Source of the DNA: an uncultured delta proteobacterium
GTDB lineage: Bacteria > Myxococcota_A > Polyangia > Polyangiales > Houyiibacteriaceae
Length of the DNA stretch: 64,000 nucleotides
Reading direction: 5' to 3'
Assembly: GCA_963753395.1 (NCBI GenBank)
Contig: CAVWBW010000008.1
Location: 206,511-270,510 of the forward strand
Below are positions 47,390-56,199 of this stretch, one piece after another. Below the pieces are notes generated by a model. It was given only the letters and a program-made list of their open reading frames with translations, was not told the DNA's origin and ran no database searches. The first letter of the stretch is position 1. Every line of letters begins with the position of its first letter. Position numbers and translations under genes: made by a program.

Positions 47390-48408
47390 TCGTCTCCGTC
47401 GATGAGGCTTCGAACCAGTGCTTCGGCGCTCGAATAGGGGTCGGCGCGCCCTTCGAGGATGTCCCGCAGCTTCTCGTTGACGCGATCCGCGAAGCGGGTG
47501 TCGACCTCGTCGAGGAGCGCTTGCACGAGGATCGCTCGGAGCTCCGCCATGCGCCGCCGCTCGCGAATGGCGCCGCCCGCCTCGGTGGTGGTGAGAAACT
47601 CGCGATGTTTGGCGAACGCATCGACGAGATCCTCGAGGCCTTCTCGGCGATGCGCGATGGTCTTGACGATTGGCGGCACCCACTCGCCGTCCAGCGCCTG
47701 CGGCCCTTTTCGGAGCGTCGACACGGCGGTGTGACCCCGCATCTGGCTCGCACCGGCCGGCACTCTTCGAAGCGAGAGCATCTGCTGAAGGTCTTGTGCG
47801 GTCGCGTCCGCGCCCACGCGATCGGCCTTGTTGACCGCGAAGACGTCAGCGACTTCGAGGATGCCAGCCTTGATCGCCTGAATGTCGTCGCCGAGGCCGG
47901 GCGCCATCACCACTAAGGTCGTGTCGGCGAGCTCAGTAACCTCGAGCTCATCTTGTCCAACGCCCACCGTTTCGAGGATTACCACGTCGAACGCGGCTGC
48001 GTGCAGCACGTGCAGGACATCGCCCGTCGAACGAGAGAGCCCGCCAAGGTGCCCGCGGGTCGCGATCGAGCGAATGAACACGCCTTCGTCCGTGAAGTGT
48101 TGCTGCATGCGAATGCGATCGCCGAGGATAGCGCCACCCGAATATGGGCTGGTCGGATCAATGGCGAGCACCGCCACGCGCTTGTCCTGCTGCCGGTAGA
48201 GGCGAATCAACCCGTCGACGAGCGTGCTCTTGCCGGCGCCCGGCGTGCCGGTCACGCCGATGACATACGCGTGCCCATCGTGCGCGAACACCTGCTTCAA
48301 GAGCTCAGGCGCGTGTCGGTCGCGTTCGTCGATGAGTCGGCACGCGCGAGCCAGCGACCGAATGTCGCCGCCTCGAATCCCGTCGACCAACTTCGTGAGG
48401 TCAGCCAC
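47386..48408 (-). CDS. meaB: methylmalonyl-CoA mutase-associated G3E GTPase (MeaB/ArgK)
   Basis: GVTGTPGAGKSTLVDGL P-loop, ILETVGVGQDE and FAVNKADR motifs. Confidence 0.9.
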   Translation of the reverse strand: MADLTKLVDGIRGGDIRSLARACRLIDERDRHAPELLKQVFAHDGHAYVIGVTGTPGAGKSTLVDGLIRLYRQQDKRVAVLAIDPTSPYSGGAILGDRIRMQQHFTDEGVFIRSIATRGHLGGLSRSTGDVLHVLHAAAFDVVILETVGVGQDELEVTELADTTLVVMAPGLGDDIQAIKAGILEVADVFAVNKADRVGADATAQDLQQMLSLRRVPAGASQMRGHTAVSTLRKGPQALDGEWVPPIVKTIAHRREGLEDLVDAFAKHREFLTTTEAGGAIRERRRMAELRAILVQALLDEVDTRFADRVNEKLRDILEGRADPYSSAEALVRSLIDGDD

Positions 48409-48420
48409 GGGCTGCCCCCC

Positions 48421-48456
48421 TCAAAACAGGCGAGGCGGCCGCGACGGGCCGCCTCG
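48421..48456 (-). terminator. rho-independent terminator after tRNA-Val
   Basis: Perfect 10-bp stem CGAGGCGGCC / GGCCGCCTCG with a 6-nt loop, followed on the minus strand by CCTGTTTTGA. Confidence 0.75.
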
Positions 48457-48458
48457 AA

Positions 48459-48533
48459 TGGTGGGCGCAGTTGGATTTGAACCAACGACTTGTTCCGTGT
48501 GAAGAAACCACTCTACCCCTGAGTTATGCGCCC
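48459..48533 (-). tRNA. tRNA-Val (anticodon CAC), CCA encoded
   Basis: Hand-folded: GGGCGCA TA ACTC AGGGGTA GAGT G GTTTC TTCACAC GGAAC AAGTC GTTGG TTCAAAT CCAAC TGCGCCC A CCA. All four stems pair. Confidence 0.95.
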
Positions 48534-48544
48534 GAAGAGCGAGC

Positions 48545-48573
48545 CTTATAGCCGCGAGTGCGCGCAGGGGCAA
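48545..48573 (-). promoter_or_regulatory. putative sigma-70-type promoter of tRNA-Val
   Basis: Minus strand reads TTGCCC-N17-TATAAG, with the -10 hexamer ending 11 nt before the mature tRNA 5' end. Confidence 0.4.
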
Positions 48574-48774
48574 TGGAAGGCTCGGAGAAGCGGTAGCGAC
48601 GCACGTCCTCGAAAGGCCCGGAGAATCGGTCGCGACGCACGTGCTCGGGAGCGGGTCCCGCTCGGCCGGCTCCATACGGCAAGATACGACTCGCCTCCCG
48701 CCCACTCCCTGTGCCGCGCATCCCGACCGATTCTCCTCCACACACAACCCCCCCTACAAGACACGCGCGGCAGC
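48565..48774 (-). repeat. dispersed hairpin-capable repeat element, copy B (inverted relative to copy A), with an internal 36-nt tandem duplication
   Basis: The reverse complement of 48613-48774 aligns to 16353-16516. Units 48575-48610 and 48611-48646 are 31/36 identical direct repeats. The 12-mers GGAGAATCGGTC and GACCGATTCTCC are perfect reverse complements. Confidence 0.85.
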
Positions 48775-48968
48775 GCGAGCCCGGAGGGCGAAGCCCGGCG
48801 CGCATGCGCCGCCAAGGCAGCGCGCAGCGAACGCCGCGGAGGCACGCTGCCCACTCGCGTGAGAGTGATACTGAACTACGCGGTGGGGGTGGGTGGGTGG
48901 TGTTAACTAGACCAAACCAGGCAGCCACTCGTCCCCCCGGCCTCACCACATCCGCGGCAGCGCGACCC

Positions 48969-51299
48969 CTACTCCGAGCCGCCGCCCAGCTTCGCCTTCA
49001 GCAAGTCGCCGAAAGTCCCAAGCCCCTGCTTGGCGGACTCCTTGCGGTACTCCTTCACGGCCTTCCGCTCTTCGTCGAGTAAGCGCGCCCGGACGGAGCA
49101 GCGGAGGGTTCCGTCGCGTTCCGAGCCAACGACCTTGACCTGGATGACGTCGCCCTGGGAAGGACCTTTGCGATTTTCGCCGCCAGCGTCCTGGAGCTCC
49201 CGGTTCGGGATGAAGCCTCGCCCGCGCTTGCCGAGCATGCCTTCCACCTGAACCTGAGCGCCGCTGTGCTCGACTCGCTTGACGACGACCGCGACATGCG
49301 TGCCGGGCTTCAGCGAGCGTGGCGCCTTGCCGACCTCGAGCTCCCCGGACTCGATCGCCTTGGCGTCCGCCTCCGAAAGCTTCGAGAGGGAAATTCGGCG
49401 CTGCTCCTTGTCGACTCGCTCGATGACGACGTCGATCTCGTCACCTTCGGCGACGGCCTGCTTCGCGTGGGTGAGCTCTTTGCTTCCTCCGAGCTCCGAG
49501 ATGTGAAGTAGACCCTCGATATTCTCATGGATCTGGATGAACGCCCCAAAATCGGTGGTGCGAACGACCTTGCCCTTCACCGGAGTTCCGGGCCGAAGCG
49601 ATTCCTTCGCCTCTTCCCAGGGGTCCGGCTGACATGCACGCATCGAAAGAGACACACGCCCGAAGCGATCCTTGCGGGAGGCCTGCTGAACTTTGAGCAC
49701 CTCGACATCGACTTCGTCGCCGACCTTCGCGGCGTCCTGAGGCCGCACGCCTCGGCTCCACGACACCTCACTCATGTGAACGAGGCCATCGAGCCCGCCA
49801 CCGAGGTCGACGAGCACGCCGTAATCGCGCACCTCGAGGACCTTGCCATGGAGCTTCGTGCCAACCTGGAGCTCCGCCATCCGTTCGCGGGCTTGTTTAC
49901 GCGCTTCCTTCTCGAGGATGTTGCGACGGCTGACGATGATGCTCTTCTTGCCGCCCTTGTCCTGCGGCAACGAGAACTCGCAGCGCTGACCGACGAAGAC
50001 GTTCGGATCCTCGATCGGCGTCAGCGACATCGCGCTCGCGGGACAGAACGCGCGCACGCCGCCGACGAGCACGTCGAACCCACCACGGTTGAAGCCGTAC
50101 ACGACGCCGGTCACGCGTTGGTGTTGGTCGCGCGCTGCGCGCAGCGCTTTGCGGACGGCGCCCTTGTCGACGATCCGATTCACAATCGCGATGTGCCCGC
50201 TCTCCGCTACCGCGCCGATGCGGCCGCGGAAGATGGCCCCAAGTTGCGGCGCCTCGAGCTCCGCGAGCGGACCGAGCAAGGTGAGGTCGGCGTCGGAAAG
50301 ATCCTCCGGGGGCTCCGTCACTGCCTCGGCCATGGGCACGGGCACCGACTCGGGAGTTGGGTCCGGCTCGGGGTGCGACTCCCGAGCCGGCGCGGGCGCC
50401 GGTGCAGAAGGCGCAGCGGTCGGGTCGAAGGCTTGCGCGGCGACCACGGTGTCCGCCTCCCCGAGGTCGTCTTCGGGAAGATCGGTCACCTCGGTGGTGT
50501 CGAGCTCCCAAGACGACGCAGCCGCGACCGCCCGCAACATCTCGGGCGTGGGCGCCTCAACCACCGGAGTCGGGGTGGCAGCGGCAGTGTCCGCGCCTGC
50601 GCCAGTGTCCGCGCCAGCGCCAGCGTCCGCGCCAGCGTCCGCGCCGGTGTCTGCTTCGCTTCCGGTAGGGGTGTCGGTGTCCGGGAGCAGCTGCACGCCT
50701 TCCGGTTCGTGGATCACAATCGGGATATCGCGTGGCTCGTCGGCATCGGCGATCGCGCTTGCCTTCCCGAATAGGTCGACGACGATCGCCCCGTGCTCGA
50801 TGCGCTCCACGCGGCCGGCGATCACCTCTCCAACCGAAAAGGCATGCTTTCTCGCGGCCCCAGCGAACAAATGCACAAACGGTGCATGATGATGTGACGC
50901 TTTTGAATCCCCCGGCGCCTCGCTCGGACCGGCCCCCTTCTTCTTCCGACGCCGCCGTCGCTTCTTCTTCCCCGCACCGGGCGCCTCCGACCCAGTCACG
51001 GTATCCGCATGCGCCTCAGCCGCAGCCACCTCGCCGCTGACAGTGTCAGCGTCAGGGCCCGCGTCTGCGTCAGCGTCAGCGCCAGGGCCCGCGTCAGCGT
51101 CAGCGCCCGCGTCAGCGTCAGCGTCAGCGTCAGCGTCAGCGTCAGGGCCCGCGCCAGCGGCAGCGCCAGCGGCAGCGCCAGCGGCAACAGCCTCGGCGAC
51201 AGCCTCGGTAGCAAGAGTGATCGGAGCGGCGCTCTCTGATTCCACCGGCGTCACCTCCTCCGTTGAGGTCTCACTGGTCTTGGAATCGGTTTCAGTCAT
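48969..51299 (-). CDS. S1 RNA-binding domain protein (ribosomal protein S1-like) with long low-complexity acidic/Ala N-terminal extensions
   Basis: Several S1 domains (e.g. VGTKLHGKVLEVRDYGVLVDLGGGLDGLVHMSEVS and GTPVKGKVVRTTDFGAFIQIHENIEGLLHISEL). The N-terminal ~350 aa carry (DA)n and GADTGAGA repeats and KKKRRRRRKKK. Start trimmed to ATG 51299. Confidence 0.85.
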   Translation of the reverse strand: MTETDSKTSETSTEEVTPVESESAAPITLATEAVAEAVAAGAAAGAAAGAGPDADADADADADAGADADAGPGADADADAGPDADTVSGEVAAAEAHADTVTGSEAPGAGKKKRRRRRKKKGAGPSEAPGDSKASHHHAPFVHLFAGAARKHAFSVGEVIAGRVERIEHGAIVVDLFGKASAIADADEPRDIPIVIHEPEGVQLLPDTDTPTGSEADTGADAGADAGAGADTGAGADTAAATPTPVVEAPTPEMLRAVAAASSWELDTTEVTDLPEDDLGEADTVVAAQAFDPTAAPSAPAPAPARESHPEPDPTPESVPVPMAEAVTEPPEDLSDADLTLLGPLAELEAPQLGAIFRGRIGAVAESGHIAIVNRIVDKGAVRKALRAARDQHQRVTGVVYGFNRGGFDVLVGGVRAFCPASAMSLTPIEDPNVFVGQRCEFSLPQDKGGKKSIIVSRRNILEKEARKQARERMAELQVGTKLHGKVLEVRDYGVLVDLGGGLDGLVHMSEVSWSRGVRPQDAAKVGDEVDVEVLKVQQASRKDRFGRVSLSMRACQPDPWEEAKESLRPGTPVKGKVVRTTDFGAFIQIHENIEGLLHISELGGSKELTHAKQAVAEGDEIDVVIERVDKEQRRISLSKLSEADAKAIESGELEVGKAPRSLKPGTHVAVVVKRVEHSGAQVQVEGMLGKRGRGFIPNRELQDAGGENRKGPSQGDVIQVKVVGSERDGTLRCSVRARLLDEERKAVKEYRKESAKQGLGTFGDLLKAKLGGGSE
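51109..51144 (-). repeat. in-frame hexanucleotide microsatellite (GCGTCA)6 encoding (DA)6
   Basis: Six perfect GCGTCA units on the plus strand, inside a larger imperfect repeat tract (~51040-51200) of the S1-domain gene. Confidence 0.9.
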
Positions 51300-51441
51300 G
51301 CGCAATCCTCGCGCGCGAAAGACGCTCAACGCTGCTGCGGAACGTCCGGGTTAACAGGGTCCCGTAGGTTAGGCAGTGCTCCGGGGCGCGTCAAGCTGTT
51401 GCCGCTAGCCCACAAGCCCCCTACTCTCGCCCCCGGGGGGC

Positions 51442-51858
51442 ATGGCAGAGGATGGTCGAGAGCGTCGGGAGTCGGGTCGGGCCAGTGTCCAGCTACCGAT
51501 CGAGTACGATCGCCTGAACGCCCTCCTTTCCGACTACACCCACAACATCAGCAGGGGTGGGACCTTCATCCGCACGGACCGCCCCCTCCCAGAGGGAACT
51601 GTGCTCTCGTTCACCATTCGTGCGCCCCAGCTCGGGGACCCCGTCTTGCTCCGCGGAGTCGTCCGCTGGATCGTAGAGCCGAGCGACGCCGGGGCCGATC
51701 GCCCGGCCGGCATGGGAATCGAGTTTCAGTTCGACTCGCCGGACCAGAAGACCGCCATCGAAGATCGCCTCGACCGGCTGATGGTGAAGGCTCTCGGCCC
51801 GGCCGCTTTCGAGAAGCTGATGGGCAAACCGGCCCCGCCCGGCCCCGAGGCGCCTTGA
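51442..51858 (+). CDS. PilZ domain protein (c-di-GMP receptor-like)
   Basis: RRESGR (RxxxR) and DYTHNISRGG (D/NxSxxG) motifs with the usual spacing. Confidence 0.82.
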   Translation: MAEDGRERRESGRASVQLPIEYDRLNALLSDYTHNISRGGTFIRTDRPLPEGTVLSFTIRAPQLGDPVLLRGVVRWIVEPSDAGADRPAGMGIEFQFDSPDQKTAIEDRLDRLMVKALGPAAFEKLMGKPAPPGPEAP

Positions 51859-52370
51859 CGCCCGCGTCGATTCAGGTTCTCCGCGGGGACCTCACGCGGC
51901 AAGACGTCGACGCCATCGTCAACGCCGCCAATGAAAGGATGCTTGGCGGTGGCGGCGTCGACGGCGCCATCCACCGTGCCGCGGGTCCCGCCTTGCTCGA
52001 AGCATGCCGCGCCATACCCGAGGTTCGCCCGGGCGTTCGCTGCCCAACCGGCGAAGCCCGGATCACTGGAGGCTTCGAGCTCACAGCGCGGCACGTGATT
52101 CACGCGGTGGGTCCGATCTACGGCGAACGCGCGAGCGACGCGGCGCTCCTCGCATCGGCATTCCGCTCCTCGCTCGACCTGGCCGTGGAGCATGGGCTCG
52201 AGTCCATTGCCTTCCCCGCCATTTCCTGCGGCGTGTACGCGTACCCCGTCGACGAAGCCGCCGCGATCGCCCGCAGCGTCACCCGCGAACGCGCCTGGTC
52301 GCTGCGAGACATCCGCTTCGTGCTCTTCTCGGAGCAGGTCCAAACGGCGTGGACCCGCGCGTTTTCCTGA
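51855..52370 (+). CDS. macro domain protein (O-acetyl-ADP-ribose deacetylase, YmdB-like)
   Basis: DAIVNAANERMLGGGGVDGAIHRAAG and IAFPAISCGVYAYP macro motifs. A putative TTG start at 51855 overlaps the PilZ stop (TTGA). The upstream part of ORF 51399..52370 overlaps PilZ out of frame. The exact start is uncertain. Confidence 0.75.
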   Translation: MTPASIQVLRGDLTRQDVDAIVNAANERMLGGGGVDGAIHRAAGPALLEACRAIPEVRPGVRCPTGEARITGGFELTARHVIHAVGPIYGERASDAALLASAFRSSLDLAVEHGLESIAFPAISCGVYAYPVDEAAAIARSVTRERAWSLRDIRFVLFSEQVQTAWTRAFS

Positions 52371-52373
52371 GCC

Positions 52374-53483
52374 TCAGGAGTCGACGACAGAGAGGCTACG
52401 CCGGCTCGGGCTCTCGAGCTTGAGCACTCCCCTCGGACACATGTGGGCGCACATCCCGCAACCGACGCAAGACGCCCGAGTGAAGCTCTGGTCGGTCTGT
52501 GCATAGGACCGAACATCGATCCCCATCTCGCAGTAGGTACTGCAATTGCCACAAGAGATGCACATCCCCGGCTTCACCGTGATTCGATAGCGGCCAAGTT
52601 TTTGGACGAGCCCGAGGAGCGCAGCCATCGGGCAGAAATTCCGGCACCACACGCGCGGTCCGAACAAGGGATAGAGCCCGGTGCCGACGACGCCCGCCAG
52701 CACCGCCCCCACCGCAAATCCATAGAAGCTCTTGAGCGACCAGTCCCGCCAATCGTTGCCCGCGACGACGCGATGTAGCGTCGGATGCTCGGCACCGATC
52801 TTCCAATCAACCACAATCAACGCGGTCGTGACCACGGCGAGCGCAAACACGATGCCGATGCTGACTTTCTCGAATCGCCACGACCTCTCGCTCTTGCTGG
52901 TGAGATGCCGCCAAGGGTCGCCGAACGTGTTCGCGAGCCCTCCGCAACCACAGACCCAGGAGCAGTACCAACGCTTGCCGTACAGCAGCGCAAGGACGGG
53001 CGCGGCAAGCAGCGACCCGAGCACCGTGTACGCCGCGAAATAGAGCGGCAGGCTCTCGAGGGTCTGCGGGTAGAAGTAGTCGTACTTCAGCGGCCAGAAG
53101 TAGGAGAAGTAGAGCTCTTGACCACCGAAGAGCGGCATCACGAACGGGAGCGTGAAGCCGAGCGCGATCTGAATCGTGACGTTCACGCCGATGCGCGCTC
53201 GGTTGTAGCGGCTGTTCCCGTGACGGCGGAGGTAGTAGACCGCACCCCCGATCATCGCGACCGAATAGAGCAAGCCGTAGAGATACCATCGGTTCCGAAG
53301 GCCAACGCTTTCGGACAGCGCTGTGATCGGAGCGACGCCGAACCGCGCCTCGATCTTGTGCTCCCAATAGAGGGCGACATAGAAGCCGATCAAGAGCATC
53401 GAAATCGCGATGCCGAGGGGGCCTCGGTTGCGCCATCCCTCTCGATACGTCGCTAACAGCCCGTTTTGTCCTTGTTGGTCCAC
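52374..53483 (-). CDS. membrane polyferredoxin (NapH/CcoG-type 4Fe-4S binding protein)
   Basis: CSWVCGCGG and WCRNFCPMAAL membrane Cys motifs, plus CISCGNCSTYCEMG and CVGCGMCAHMCPRG ferredoxin motifs. Confidence 0.8.
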   Translation of the reverse strand: MDQQGQNGLLATYREGWRNRGPLGIAISMLLIGFYVALYWEHKIEARFGVAPITALSESVGLRNRWYLYGLLYSVAMIGGAVYYLRRHGNSRYNRARIGVNVTIQIALGFTLPFVMPLFGGQELYFSYFWPLKYDYFYPQTLESLPLYFAAYTVLGSLLAAPVLALLYGKRWYCSWVCGCGGLANTFGDPWRHLTSKSERSWRFEKVSIGIVFALAVVTTALIVVDWKIGAEHPTLHRVVAGNDWRDWSLKSFYGFAVGAVLAGVVGTGLYPLFGPRVWCRNFCPMAALLGLVQKLGRYRITVKPGMCISCGNCSTYCEMGIDVRSYAQTDQSFTRASCVGCGMCAHMCPRGVLKLESPSRRSLSVVDS

Positions 53484-53484
53484 C

Positions 53485-54849
53485 CTACGCTCCCGGCGCC
53501 CGCAATGGGGGCACCAACTCCGTGTCGAACGCCGCCCGGCGCAACCTCGGCAGCACCCACGACAGGCTCCGCCGCTCCTCGATCCACCGCATCAAGACGC
53601 TGTGATCCCAGCGCCGGCCCAACATGTTGAAGCCGACGACCCGGTCGTCCTGCGACACAATCCGAGTCGTGCTTCGAACCTTGTCCTTTTCCTCGAAGAA
53701 CCAGCTCGTCTCTCGCTCGAGCTTCATGTTGACGAGCCCCGCGGTCGTGTACTCGATGTCCATGAGCTTGGCCGAGTTGTACCAAGTGCCCCGCGCGTAG
53801 CTCGACGGCCTCCCGAGGAGCGCCTTGCCCGCCACGCGGCCCTGATCACGCGCGGTGTACCAGAGCTGCTCGGGTCGTCGGCTGCCATCGAACCATCGAA
53901 CCGAGGCGCAATCGCCCGCGGCCAGCACATCGGGCGCGCTCGTTCGGAGCGCTTGGTCGACCACGATGCCCCCTCGATCGTCGCGCTCGATATCCGCGTC
54001 GCCGAGCCATCCGGTGTTCGGTACGACGCCAATCGCGATGACGACGCAATCGGCTTCATGGCGGCCATGGTCGGTCTGCACGGCGGAAACCGCGCCGATG
54101 GGGTCCACCTCGAGCGCTTCGACCTCGTGATTTAGGTGGACGTCGACCCCATGCTCGCCCATCCGCTCACTGATCCAACGCGCCTCTCGGGGCTCTAGCG
54201 CGATGGGCCAGAACCACTCCTCGCGAATGAAGAACGCGGGCCGGAGCCCAGCTGCGACCGCCACCTCGGCAGCCTCGATGCCGATGAGACCGCCGCCGAT
54301 CACCGCGGGCTTGGACGCCAACCGCCCGTGCATTTCGGCACCGGGCTCGCGGAACCGGTACGGCGAGTCCTCCGTCGTCGCGGACAGATGCTCCGTCGGG
54401 CGCGGAGGCCCGCCACCACGAGACGGGCCTCCGTGAATCTCCTTTTCGTACCAGGCGAGGTCCTGCATCGTGACGAAGTGACCGACGCCATGCGCATCGC
54501 TCCCGGGCCAAGGTCCCCTTCGCGGCGTCGAGCCCGAAGCGATCAGCAGCCGGTCGTACGGCACGGGCTCGAGCCCCCCGGCCAGCGACACGCGGTGGCC
54601 TGTCGTATCGATGCCCACCGCCCGCGCCCGGACCCGATGGAAGCCAAAGCGCGCGTAGGCGTCCCGTTCGAGCGGCTCGATGTCCCGGTGGCTCATCTGT
54701 CCGCAGCACACCCACATCAGCGCCGTCCGTGAGAAGAAGTGGTCGCTCTCCTCCGAGATCAAGGTGATGTCCCAGGCCGGCTCCGCCTCCCGAACCGCCG
54801 TCGCGGCCTCCATGCCGGCCACGCCGTTTCCAATGATCACGATGCGCAT
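53485..54849 (-). CDS. NAD(P)/FAD-dependent pyridine nucleotide-disulfide oxidoreductase family protein
   Basis: MRIVIIGNGVAGMEAA dinucleotide-binding motif and a second VIGGGLIGIEAAE motif. It ends 1 nt before the polyferredoxin start. Confidence 0.82.
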   Translation of the reverse strand: MRIVIIGNGVAGMEAATAVREAEPAWDITLISEESDHFFSRTALMWVCCGQMSHRDIEPLERDAYARFGFHRVRARAVGIDTTGHRVSLAGGLEPVPYDRLLIASGSTPRRGPWPGSDAHGVGHFVTMQDLAWYEKEIHGGPSRGGGPPRPTEHLSATTEDSPYRFREPGAEMHGRLASKPAVIGGGLIGIEAAEVAVAAGLRPAFFIREEWFWPIALEPREARWISERMGEHGVDVHLNHEVEALEVDPIGAVSAVQTDHGRHEADCVVIAIGVVPNTGWLGDADIERDDRGGIVVDQALRTSAPDVLAAGDCASVRWFDGSRRPEQLWYTARDQGRVAGKALLGRPSSYARGTWYNSAKLMDIEYTTAGLVNMKLERETSWFFEEKDKVRSTTRIVSQDDRVVGFNMLGRRWDHSVLMRWIEERRSLSWVLPRLRRAAFDTELVPPLRAPGA

Positions 54850-54958
54850 GCCGCCCACGATACGACGCGGAGGGGTCGGAGTTACAGGCTTGTCGGAACC
54901 GCGGCAGGTATTTCCCTCACTATGGCTTCAACGGATTTAATTACTTATGCTGTATCCC

Positions 54959-56199
54959 ATGAGTGAAACTGCAACCAACGCCTTCGTGGCGGGGGTGTTG
55001 GTGGGCAAACCCATCTTCCGCGCCCCCGGCATCGTCGTGCATGGGGGGCTCGACCGAGAGGACCGGGAGGTCGCGGTGATCGTGCTTCAGGCGGTGACGA
55101 CCGACGGGCAGAAGCTCAACTTCGAGAACATCGCCCGCTACGCAGACACCTCGGGCATCGAGATCATCAAAGCGGAGTCGCACGTCATCCTCGCGAGCCC
55201 GGAGCCGAAGGGGATCTTTCGAGACTTGCCGTGGAGCTCGTGGACGTCTCGAGCAGCGCGTGCGCTACTTCGTCGAAGTCGCGGCGATCGTTCAGCGCTT
55301 CCACGCGCAAGACACCCCGGTGGGCACCCTCTCGCCAAAGTACATCGCGGTCGACGAGGAGCTAACGCCGTTCCTCTTGGGGCCGCGCTTGGCGCCCCGA
55401 AGCGGACCGTACGTCGCTCCCGAGACCGCCAGTGAACGCCGTCTCGACTTGCGCTCCGATATCTATTCACTCGGGCGATTGCTCTACTTCGTCCTCTCGG
55501 GCGGCGACCCTCCGCGAGAGGCTGCTGCAGTCGCGAAGCTCGAAGAGCTCTCGAAGTATCCCGCCGGCCTCGTCCGGATCATTCGCAAGGCGACCTGCCA
55601 GGACCCGGAGCAACGCTATCGAATGGTCGACGAGATGCTCTCGGACCTGGCCAACTTCCGCCAACACCTCAACGTCGGCATGACCCACCCCGAGGTCGAG
55701 GACCGCAATACGGGCCTTCTAAGCGTCGTGCCTGACCCGATCGAGGAGCCGTCCATCGCCGCTGCTCCGCCGACGGAGATCCCGTCCGAGCCGACGAAAA
55801 AGCCTACGCCCATGTCGAATCCGCTCGACCCGAAGCGAGTGTTCCGGGGGCTCGGCTTGGCGATCGCCTTCGCGGGCATTGCGTTCCTCGTCAGCGAGCA
55901 CCTCGAGAATTCGGGCGGCCTGACCCCACTGGCTGTCGAAGATGCCGACCGACTCTCGAGCTTCGTGAGCGCGGCATCAATGTCGAGAAGGCAGACCGCC
56001 AACGCTCTTCGCTCAGGTAGACGAGTCCTGGGAGCTCCTTTCCGAGGAGCGCCGCCGCGAAGAAGCCGAAGCATTGTTCGCGACGGCGAAGAAGAAGTGG
56101 GGCACGCGCGACGGCTTCCTGCATCGGGGAGACGCCATCGTGGCGCAGTACTGGGACTACGAAGTGACGATTTTTGGCAGCTTGCACGGAGACGAGTGA
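54959..56199 (+). pseudogene. membrane-anchored pseudokinase-like gene interrupted by at least four 1-nt frame breaks
   Basis: High-GC3 coding signal hops frames: ...KGIFRDLP (to ~55231) / VELVDVS (55231-55251) / [20 protein letters not shown]...SDIYSLGRLLYFVLSG... (to ~55955) / LELRERGINVEKAD (to ~55996) / PPTLFAQVDESWELLSEERRREEAEALF...SLHGDE*. The final stop overlaps the next ATG (TGATG). Kinase-like fold, but VAVIVL replaces VAIK and there are no HRD/DFG acidic residues. Confidence 0.6.

Noticed and set aside
48421-48949. ORFs 48421..48747(-), 48524..48949(-), 48526..48906(+), 48546..48854(-), plus 16337..16750(+), 16341..16688(+) and 16351..16539(+)
   Set aside because: They run through the dispersed repeat element and the tRNA-Val gene or its terminator. 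All three frames are open because of GC richness, and their similarity between loci reflects the DNA repeat rather than a protein family.
51399-51854. N-terminal 150 aa of ORF 51399..52370
   Set aside because: This part overlaps the PilZ gene in another frame and is Arg/Pro-rich. Only the C-terminal macro domain is credible.
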